From the human T2T-CHM13v2.0 reference genome, Homo sapiens, in NCBI RefSeq assembly GCF_009914755.1, contig NC_060939.1: a DNA stretch of 64,000 nt; one strand, 5' to 3'. The notes under the pieces were generated by a model. That model was not told the DNA's origin. It searched no databases and saw only the letters and a list, made by a program, of their open reading frames with translations. Positions 54,140-64,000 of this stretch are shown piece by piece. Each line of letters begins with the position of its first letter. Position 1 is the first letter of the stretch. Made by a program: the position numbers and the translations under genes.

Positions 54140-54778
54140 CAGAAGAGCTTAACCCTTTTTGAGACAGGAACCCCTGTGAAAGTCTGGCAGATCCTGAGGA
54201 CCCCTTTCAGAAATAATATCTTTAAATATGTAACATAAAATACACAAGATTACAAGTAAAATAATCACACTGAAATACAGTTCTCAAAAATGTTTTAAAA
54301 CAAAATTTACCCTCAGCAGGTGATGATAATTAAGGTAGGAATTAGTGTAGCTTCAAAGAGGATATAAAACATAATTAGTTCTGTAGTTGTGAACGCTATA
54401 ATTTAAAAAAATCTGCAGGGAAATCAATATAGAAATATAGAGCTTTTTTCGTGGGGGCGTGCAAATATACAATTCATATAATTTATATGAATCCCTATTA
54501 TTACATTAACATGATTTAGTACTTAACCTATAAGCACCATAATTTAAATATGCTGATAGCACAAATGATATTTCAAGATATCTCTAGCCACCATAACAGA
54601 ATATGGAAAGATCTATGATCTGTATTTGTAACAAAGTCATAGGAAATAATTCAGATGCGATGTGTTGCCGACATTCATAAATGAAGAAAACGGCAAATTT
54701 CAGTTAGAGGTTAGTGAAATATATGTTTCTTTCCAAACTCATGAACTCCCTCCATGGAAACCCAAGTTTTAAGCCCCA
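54140..54778 (+). mobile_element. hAT-Charlie element (MER119/Charlie7-like)
   Basis: 'cttaaccctttt...ggacccctttcagaaataat...aaaatacacaagattacaa' and 'aaatttcagttagaggttagtgaaa'. Confidence 0.72.
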
Positions 54779-55097
54779 TTCTTAGAGTGGCTGTCTATTG
54801 TTTATCTGCCATAGGAATACCCGCTATTCTACTGTCCCTTACACCACTTATCTATCAGATATCACTCCAGTCTTTAACACTTCACCAGTTTCATTCTTCA
54901 TCATTCCTCAGTGCTGAGCCACTTTTATCCAAAGTAAATCACATTTTTAACTGTAATACACCAAATATTCAGATTTGCCCACATGCAATTCCTTCATCTT
55001 AAGTGATTGCTCCAAGTTCTGAGGCTTATTCAATATGCATTAAATTGTACATGGTTTTGTTAATATTTCTTAGTCTATATGTGTGTATTAAAATGAA

Positions 55098-55293
55098 GAG
55101 TGGGTGCTAAACACTCAGCACACATGGACATAAACATGGGGTAATAGATACTGTGGACTACTAGAGAAGGGAGGGAGGGGGAGGTTGAAAAACTACCTAT
55201 TAGGCACCAAGCTCATTACCTGGGTGCAGCATACCCATGTAACAGACCTGCACAGGTATCCCTGCATCTAAAATAAAAATTGGAATTAAAAAA
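55098..55293 (+). mobile_element. L1PA15/16-like 3' end
   Basis: 'cacatggacataaa...gttgaaaaactacctatt...atacccatgtaacagacctgcac...ctaaaataaaa' followed by an A tail. Confidence 0.85.
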
Positions 55294-56099
55294 ATGCCAA
55301 AGCAACTTATCTTACTGAAAAGATGTGAAGATTCACTGAGTTTTCATAGAAATGTAAGCTTAGTGAAAGCAGAAATTTCATCAGTACTATTTATCTTGTA
55401 TCCCCAGTTTTGGGCAGACAGAAGGAGCTCAACAAACACTGTGGAATGGGTAACTGATCCAGTATTCAATGATAAACTCAGATTTCTTAGTGACACAAAC
55501 ACATATTAAAGAGTATAAAAGTTACTTGGGAAACAAGAGTACATTCTTGAAGAAACTGGCTTTAATTCTTGGAATGTCTATTTTCATATTATTAGAAATA
55601 TAAAGTTTTCTTCTTACAAATGTTGTGCAAGTATATAGGGAATGAATGATTACTTCCTTTTTTTAAATAAAAGATGTAGTGAAAGAGTCTATCAATTCTT
55701 TTATTGCCATTAATAATGACGAATGTTTAAGTCCTGTACTATAAAACACTGTGTTCCACACCCTTTATAGCCACCTCCTGTTATGATGCTTCAGATACCT
55801 TAATAAGCATATTTGCTCAATGAATAATGTTGACTTTTGTTCCTTTTGTATTACTCAATAGCTCAGAGTTTCACTATTTTTTCCCTGAAATATATAGATC
55901 ATTTTTCAAACATAGAAAACATCAGTTAAATTTTATCTCTAGTTTTTTGAACATATATAAATAGAGCAGTTATTTCCATTGGTGGTTTCTTGGAGTGAGG
56001 ATTGGCATGGATGGGTTTGTTTTTTGAGTGATAATAAAATACAAGATTAATATACTATGATTTGTTTTTAAGAGCTAAAAGCATTTTTTAAAGTTCAAG

Positions 56100-56215
56100 A
56101 AGAGATCCCTCAGTGGGTTGTAAAATCATTTTAGTGGGTCACAAACATGATTTTTAAAGGTGAAATAGAACAAAGTAGAAAATACCAGAATGCATCAGAC
56201 ATAGTAAGGAAGGAG
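56100..56215. mobile_element. hAT-Charlie fragment (subfamily uncertain)
   Basis: 'ttagtgggtcac...tgaaatagaacaaagtagaaaatacc'. Confidence 0.4.
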
Positions 56216-59200
56216 TGTTTGGTAAAACTTTTGGGGAAAGGGGGAGAAAGAGAGAGAAAGAGAGAGTGTGTGCGTGCGTGTGTGTATTTTAATGAGTTGC
56301 AATATAAAATGTATTTATGACTGTAGGTCATGGTCAAAGCATCTAACATACATTAATTATGGCCATTATATTGAGTTTATAGATAGAGAAAAAAACTGTG
56401 GCTCCATACAACACATAGAGCTGGTCACAGAGTTGATGTACTATTATATTTCTTGACTCTCATTCCAGTCCAATGATCTCCCATATAGAGAAGATTTTAT
56501 TTTTATTTGTTCAGATTTCTTGCTTCATTTTCTTTTAAAATGAACCAATCATGAAGACAGAATTGTCTGTCTAGGTCACACAAGAGTCTTTATCACTCTT
56601 TAAGACCTTTTGTTTTTGTGTTTGCATTTCTTGGCATAAAAATCTTCAGCTAGCTGGACTTTAAGGTGGGCATCGAAGTTCTGTATGGAATATGCCTATA
56701 AAATGGCATTGGCAATTCTTGTATCACACGAATATTATAGAAATTAAGTGATGTAATGTGTGAAAATAATCAGTACAATGGCCCACTGAAAATGCTACAT
56801 ATATATTCAAAGCTAGATTTACATATCCTTAAGCTTGCCTTTCATGGACATTTAATAAGACAGCCAACAGCATAAGAACATAAACTTATTTCGAAGATTG
56901 AAATACCCTTTATTCATCAAATGTGACCAGTCAAGCAAAAATATGCGACTATAAAGAATGCTATTCTTCTAATGTTGCATTTTAATACAATCAAGCCTAT
57001 GTGTGTGGCAACATACACAACTGTATGTTATATTTAATTACATTATACATAAACATGATTTTTTGACCATTTATTGGAGAAAAACACATTTAAAATATAG
57101 AATACTGGGCTTGTGTTTAGGTATGAGTAAGAGTTTCCTGATATAATTGTTGTTAAGCAACATACCACAGAATTCTGTGGCATCTTCTTCCTCGAATTTT
57201 GTTTTAAGAATTGCTATTTAAAACTGACTCAATCTGTGCTGATTAGAGACTAGGGGACAAAGTATATAACTAGCACATTATTTGTCCAAGTCCATATTCT
57301 ATAATTCATTTTAAAATATTTTGAAATTAAGCTCTTTCAATGTATTTTCTAAAAGGACATATTTATAAATTAATTACATTTAAATTAGAGAATTATTAAT
57401 TTCTGCATCAGATTCAACAGCATCCTCCTTCAACCACCTCAATTGTCTCAAGATGAAATAGCAGTTAATCCTCCAAGAAAATGATTTCCTCTCTTATTTG
57501 AAAATTGCTACACCTGGTGACTTAAAACCTCATACTGTAGCCTACTTTCACGTTTAATACCTGTTTCTGTGAATAACAAGTTTCACAAGTTTAATCAAAC
57601 TCTCCCTTTTTAAACTCTTATACAGATTCTTTCATTAATAAACATTCACATAAAACACCTATTGTTTGCTCTGAAGACAAATGAGAATGCTTTATAGTTC
57701 TGAGTATATAGAAATGTCACACATAGATGTAGGGTGAACCACAGAGAAAGAACTAGAAGTCTTGCAGTCCAGCAGCACTGTTCTGGGACATTATGTCAAG
57801 GGGAAAAAAAAAAAAAACCTGGAAGTCAGAGTAAGAATTTGAATCCTACATTCAGCTTTAGCTTCCAAAGTACAAATATCAACTGCAGACACCAGAAGAA
57901 GCTAGGGTCTGGCCATAGGAGGTCTCTGGTTTGTAGCTACCAGAATCTAAGGAGGGCATTTCTGAATCAGGTATCTGTATTCCGATCATATTCTGTTGCA
58001 TGCCACTTGCTATCTCAGAATAAAGAGGAAAAATCAGCACCCCAAGACTGTATTTTCACAAGGGCTAAAAAGCTCATCCTTTCCCTTGAACTCAAAGATG
58101 ATTTCTTGTATCATTCTTTGACCAGCAGCAGACTGTGGAAATACAGCAGTGTTTTTCCAGAGATAAACAAGGTTAATGGATATTCCATGATGAAAAGCTG
58201 CCAGTTCTAGATTCTGCCAGCTCCCATCCAAAGGAACTTATAGAAAGGTTGTCTGACTTCTATTCATTTCACCCCAAGGCATCAGATTACCCAACACAGG
58301 CAATAAACATACCTCTTCCTTTTTTTCCTGACTGCCTAACCTCTTTAGTGGGGACCCCTGAGCTGGAGGGCAGCTCCTTCCACAGCCTTAGAGCCCTGTG
58401 GGGTCATATTATATGATTTAGTCAAAGGCACCACCAGGTCCCAACACCTTAAAATCAAAGGGAAATATAATAATTGATAAGCACCTCCCTGCCACACACA
58501 TCTTTTTAAAAATAGTACTTGAAAATAGCAATAATTGTAGCCAAGAAACATAAAGACTTCATCAGAAATCACTGAGGATGTGCGTAAGTCCTTTATTGCT
58601 AAAGAATAAGCATTCAACAAGTTGCAACAAATTTATTCCATCAGAATGAATTACGTACTCAAATTAACACACTTCAGCCAGCTAGAGGGTTAGTGGGATA
58701 CCTTCAGGGTGATTTTACTTAATGCCTAAAAAACAACCAATGCCGTTGAGCTTTTCATAAAAACTGAGGTCCAACTCTCCAAATAAATCAGATCTCTGAT
58801 AAGAAAACTAAGATTCCAAGTGCCTTCAAACCACTGTTTATGAACATAAACAGAAGCAAGAGAAATACCACAATTAGGCCAAGTCAGCTATAAGAGTTAT
58901 CCCTTGCCTGTAGACCTTGCATAAGTTTCACTGCTTTGAATTAAAATTGGCCTATAAGTTCAAAGATGAAGGAGGATGAACAAAAATTGTAATTAATCTT
59001 GCTTGTTAGCCATTTTAGTAGTCCTGAGTAAGTGCTCACTAAATATATGATGAACAAATGAATGACTTCATGCTGATGACAACTGGCACAGATCCACAGG
59101 TAATTGTGTGAGCCAAACACTCAGTTTGCAGACTGGCTAAACTTTAGGCAAGATTGTTTGCTACAGCTCTTTGCAAGGCATAAACAATTAATGTGCCAGT

Positions 59201-59535
59201 GTTAACATGCAACCCACACTTAACCCCCGGGGAGATTTTGCTTTGCTTTATTTTTATAACCTTCTTATAGTTTAACCAGGAGATAGTACAACTTGCATGT
59301 TTTGCAGTTACTCAGGTCAGAGGACTAAGCAGAAGAACCTTTACACTTCTAGACACTGCCTAACACACTAGGGCTTCAACATAATTGTTTTCAAAAGGCC
59401 ACACAACTCTGAACTATAGAGTATGAAACAAAATTTGGTGCCATGATCCATATGTCAGTGAGGTCAGTCTTAATGCCATGGGTAATGGTGTTACCTATTC
59501 TTTCATTCAACAGTAATTGAATACTTACATTAGTC

Positions 59536-60049
59536 TGTGATTATTAATATGACGTTTCAACTTGACTGGACCACAGAGTGTCCACATATTCAGCTAAACA
59601 TTATTTCTGGATGTTCCGTGAGGATGTTTCAGGTGAGAATAGCATTTGAATCAGACTGAGTAAAGTAGTTTGCCCTCCCAGTGTGGTTGGGAATAATTCA
59701 ATCCTCGAGGGTCTGAATAGAACAAAAAAAGTAGAGGAAGAGAGAATTTGTTCTCTCTGCCTGACTGCTTGAGCTGGGACACTGGACTTCTCTTGCTCTT
59801 GGAATGGGACTTAGGCCATCAGCAATCTTGTTGTCAGGCCTTCGGAATTGGGCTGAAATCACACCCTTGGCTTTCCTGAGCCACCATCTTTATAGACAGC
59901 CAATCTTGGGATCTCAGCCTCCATAAACATGTAAATTAATTCCTTATAATAAATTGTGTACACTTTAATTTATATAATATAATTTATTATAAGGAATTAT
60001 ACACACACACATCCTATTGGTTCTGTTTCTCTGGAGAACTCTGACTACA
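59536..60049 (+). mobile_element. ERVL LTR, MLT2B/D-like
   Basis: Starts 'tgtgattattaat...tcaacttgactgg', contains 'aaacattatttctggatgt', ends 'atcctattggttctgtttctctggagaactctgactaca'. Confidence 0.92.
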
Positions 60050-60690
60050 GAAGTTAGTACCAAGAAATAGAGTGCTGCTATAACAAATACTGAAAATATA
60101 GTAGAGGCTTCGGAACTAGGTAAGGGGTAGAGGCTGGGAGAGTTTTTTTGAGACGCATGCTAGAAAAACCAATATTGCTATGAAGGAGTTGTTAAATGTG
60201 ATTCTGGTGAGGACTCAAAGAAAAGAGGAGAAAGATTTTGTTTTCTTAGAGAATACATTAATATTGTACAGAATGTTGGTAGAAATATGGACATCAGGTA
60301 CAATTCTGATGAGGTCTGTGGTGAAAAGAAGGAACATTTGACTGGATAATGGAGAAAAGGCAATTCTCATTATAAAGTGGCAAAGAACTTCACTGAATTA
60401 TATTTGTGTTTTAGTGTTTTGTGGAAGATATAACTTGGAGTGATTAAATTGGATATTTAGGTGAGGAGATTTCCAAGCAAAGTGTTGAAGGAGTGGCTTG
60501 GTTCTTCCTAAATGCTTATAGTAAAATACAAGAGAAAAACTTAAGGCTGCAAATATGTACTATTCCTTAAAAAAGAGAAGAATGATGTGAAGGCTACTCA
60601 GAGGTAATCTGGGCTGCCACTCCCATCACCGGCCCAGTGGTAGGGCTCGCCTCTTCAGATTCAAAAGGCCAGCATGTCCCTGCCCAGTGC
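60050..60690 (+). mobile_element. LTR-element internal sequence, MaLR (MLT/MST-int) type, truncated
   Basis: 'gtgctgctataacaaatac...ggaactaggtaaggggtagaggctgg', 'tataaagtggcaaagaactt', 'aagcaaagtgttgaaggagtggcttgg'. Confidence 0.75.
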
Positions 60691-60924
60691 CTCCTCTTTA
60701 CCTAAGCCGAAAGTGGCGTATTCCACTTCATTTACTGCCAGAACTAGTCATGTAGCCCGAAAAAACCTGAAAAGAATCACAAGGATCTTTGAAAAGTCCT
60801 ACAGGCCTCTCTCAGAGCTATTATATGCAAGAAAATGAGATAAGTGCTCAGAGATGTTTAGTGTACACACTGACACTGTTTGGATTTCTGACCATGCTAG
60901 CACTCATCTCTAAGATCCTTTCCT

Positions 60925-61160
60925 CTCATTCATCCATTCATTGACTCATTTATTCTCCAAGTCACTCACTTGTTTAGTATACATTTACTGAATATGTACC
61001 TGCCAAGATTTGTGCAGGATGATGGCATAAAATAGGATTAAAATTGATCTTTTTCCTCAAGAAATTCATAGTCTAACATACAAATAAATGTATAAACATT
61101 ACCATATTCATAATTCAATGTAAGATCAACTATGATATAAATTAATATTAAGTGTGATAG
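60925..61160 (-). mobile_element. L2 3' end
   Basis: 'cattcatccattcatt...catttactgaatatgtacctgccaag...cctcaagaaattcatagtcta'. Confidence 0.6.
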
Positions 61161-61397
61161 AAATACATTTATTCACTTCCCATTCAGCTAATACTCTACC
61201 TTAGTGTGTGCCACACCCCATGTTAAGAAGATAAACAAAATAATTCTCACTCGACACAGCAGGGAAGGTATTTAAAAAGATAATACTTGGGTTGGTCACT
61301 GAAGCCTGAGTATGTATTCTCCTTGAACGTGAAAAATCTTTATTTAGCTCTTCAAGTGATAAAATGTACCCAACCACTCCTTACTGCAGAATCTAGT

Positions 61398-61615
61398 AGG
61401 TAAGAGTGCAGGCCAGTGGGGTGACTGGTTGTAAATATTAATTCTTGTATTTATTAGCCATTTATTAGCTATTGACTTAACTTCCATAAGCTTCAGATTT
61501 TCTCACTTGTAAAATAGTAACAACAATAAAATCTACTATCCAGACCTGTTCTGAAGCTAAAAGAAAAAAATACATATATAAAGCCTTAGCAATAAATAAT
61601 AAGTGTGAGTTAGCA
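61398..61615 (+). mobile_element. MIR
   Basis: 'gacttaacttccataagcttcagattttctcacttgtaaaatag'. Confidence 0.6.
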
Positions 61616-61977
61616 TCACTGTGATTAGTATTCTCCCAGAAGAGGAAGGGCTCTACTAAGACAATAGTGTCTGTAATTAATATTGCAAGCTGGATCACTT
61701 TCCAAATAGATCCCACCGTGTCTCTGAACTCTATCTTAGCAGTAGTTGAAACAGATAAGCAAGATTTCCCACTAGCCTGTGAGTGTCAGAATTTACAATT
61801 TTTATTCTGTTACAGTGCCATGAGATTCCTGTAGTGCAAACTGCAGGGCCTTGTGAGTGCATGGTGATTGGTGAAGTATCAGACTCTGGATCAGGAAATG
61901 AAAAATCCTCTGCGTAGAACAACTTCTTGCCAACCCCCTACCTGTGATTCTTTCTCTTCCTCATCTAGGTCTTAGCT

Positions 61978-62149
61978 TTTGAATCAGTAGACTGAGTTAA
62001 GCAGATTGTCCTCCCAATGTGGTTGGGAATAATTCAATCCTTGAGGGTCTGGATAGAACAAAAAAGTGGAGGAAGGGAGAATTTGTTCTCTCTGCCTGAC
62101 TGCTTGAGCTGGGACATTGGACTTCTCCTGCTCTTGGACTGGGACTTAG
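61978..62149 (+). mobile_element. Internal 170-bp segment of an MLT2 LTR (near copy of 59645-59814)
   Basis: About 12 substitutions and 2 indels relative to 59645-59814; no LTR termini. Confidence 0.9.
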
Positions 62150-62276
62150 TTATTGCCTCCTCTAGGGAGCCTTGCTTTTCTTACCACCCCACCAAGCCCT
62201 TCATATGTTTCCTTCTGACTACCTGGGCCTCCCTACAGAAACTCTTAAGAATATATACAGAGGGAAACCCAGGGGG

Positions 62277-62605
62277 GATATGTATATATGTATGTATGTA
62301 TGTGTATGTGAATATATGTGCGTATGTACATACACACACATATATGATATATATCCATATATATATAAAAATGTACATAGGATATGTATATATGGATGTA
62401 TAAAAGGATATATACATACACATATAAGTACACATATTTTTATATATGTGTGTTATCTTTATATCCTTATATGTGTGTGTGTGTGTGTGTGTGTATATAT
62501 AAGGATATAATAACACACATATATAAAAATATGTGTATATATACATATATATCCTTATATACATCTTTATATATACACATATATATTTTCATATATGTGT
62601 GTGGG
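62277..62605. repeat. Complex (TA)/(TG)/(CA) low-complexity repeat with an internal palindrome
   Basis: Directly visible; includes (TG)n at ~62472-62494. Confidence 0.92.
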
Positions 62606-63109
62606 TTATATATAAGTAACACTATAGATAAAATACTGACTTGTCTGCTCCTCCCACTGGACTCTGAGCTCTGTCATAAAAGGGACACTAGTTCTAAGTC
62701 CATCACTATGCTCGCAGTACTTAGAAGAGGGCCTGGTGTAGAGTAGGTGCTCAATATATTTTGAGGTCAGAAAACACAGTTACATTAGGAATGGGAGACT
62801 ATGAAATAGTTAAGAAGCTTATTATCAGATCTTAAATGAGTCTAGAGCCTCAATAAAATGAGGAGCTCTTAGATGCGGCTCATGATAGTTGAAGTAGAGA
62901 ACATATGTCATAGGAATCAGGAGGCAAAGAGATTTCATGGCTGAGCATCATAAATATCAAAGTTGAAGTTACTGAGTCATGGTTATATGATTTCTCCTAC
63001 AAATGTGGCAGCTCAGTCATATTTATGGGTTTGATAATTTTTTAAGCCTTTGAAGAAAATCCTGGTAAGAAAAACTCACCTAACTTCTTGGCCCTGCATT
63101 CAAAGATTT

Positions 63110-63166
63110 GACACACACTATACACATACATATACATATACATATACGTATACGTATACATATACA
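63110..63166. repeat. (TACATA)n / (CA)n microsatellite
   Basis: Directly visible. Confidence 0.9.
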
Positions 63167-64000
63167 TGGAAGGTGTCAAGACCAGAATTGTACTCTTTGA
63201 GACAGAGGTGTCAGTCTAAAAAACCAATTTGAATTGAATGTCAAAGTTCACTTAAGTAGACCTTGGGCTACAATTTATAGAAAATATGCTCCTGCATCTG
63301 TAATTCTGCAGTTCAGTTGGGTGTAGAGGACCATCCAAACCAGTTTCTCAGGAGATGCTAATCATGAATTGTAATAGCATTACTGTATTCAGCACATAGA
63401 CAGCTCCACCCCATTATAAAAGTGAAGTTCACCTCCCTCCCCGTCCCTCTAGCAACTTCCATCTTTTCAGTCTCTCAATTCCCCTACCTGAACTTCTCTC
63501 ATACAATTCCCAGGCCTATCATCATTCCACACACAGGGAAACACCATAAACCATTGACCATTTTTCTAGAGTCACTTTAAATCAAAGTAATAATTTTTAG
63601 CGTATATTCCTCTGACCTCTAGCAATGAAAAATCATGTTAGCTGCGAAAAACCACATAACAGGATTTGAAACAATATATGAATAACTTCCTATGGAAAGA
63701 AACTGATTCTTTGACTTTTTTTTTTAACATAATAGCAATAGAAAATAAAAACTCAAAGTGAAAAATATCTAATAGAAAGTTGGAAGGTCCCTTTAAATAT
63801 AAGAGAAGGCTTTGGCATATTTGGGATTAACATGACAATAATTTTTTTTTTCAAAATTTGGTCCAAGGGTCATAGTAGTCTAAAAATTTTTTTTCTGATA
63901 TCCCAGATTGCTGGATATTTCTGACATACAAGACTCAATTAGGAAAAGACAAAAGGATCAAAGAAGAGAAAGCAGAATAACACTGACATTGAGAATGACT

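Larger units (their letters stand above)
61940..62765 (+). mobile_element. L2 3' portion, interrupted by an MLT2 fragment and an AT-rich satellite
   Basis: 'cctcatctaggtcttagc|...|ttattgcctcctctagggagcct' and terminal 'gggcctggtgtagagtaggtgctcaata'. Confidence 0.6.

Noticed and set aside
57734-58210. Longest ORF (158 aa)
   Set aside because: Non-ATG start, crosses an A-tract and a probable MIR fragment, no recognisable homology.
59536-62149. A two-LTR provirus spanning both MLT2 pieces
   Set aside because: The second piece lacks both LTR termini, and the spacer contains older L2/MIR sequence that could not have inserted into a younger provirus.
62017-62746. Several Tyr/Ile/His/Val/Cys-rich ORFs
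   Set aside because: Translations of TA/TG low-complexity repeats.

Overview
Non-coding primate (most likely human) genomic DNA: AT-rich, CpG-depleted, with AluJ/AluS/AluY elements. I found no convincing protein-coding exon; the listed ORFs are repeat-derived or chance. Much of the window is interspersed repeats: L1, L2, MIR, MaLR/ERVL LTRs, hAT-Charlie and Tigger DNA transposons. I could not identify the locus. Repeat family names come from recalled consensus sequences, so subfamily labels and most boundaries are approximate. Most notable points: (1) a repeat-poor, motif-dense enhancer/promoter candidate at ~24.4-26.3 kb (RUNX/AP-1/TEAD/NF-kB/EBF/EICE) with a strong 5' splice site; (2) a U2 snRNA retrocopy missing the segment carrying the branch-point recognition sequence; (3) a 5'-intact, 3'-truncated L1 nested in another L1; (4) a 170-bp piece of a neighbouring MLT2 LTR pasted into an L2 2.3 kb away, next to two fold-back palindromes; (5) an MLT2 (ERVL) LTR followed by MaLR-type internal sequence; (6) two local duplications at 37-39 kb. 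I found no firm evidence of a new biological system; the candidates below are hypotheses.
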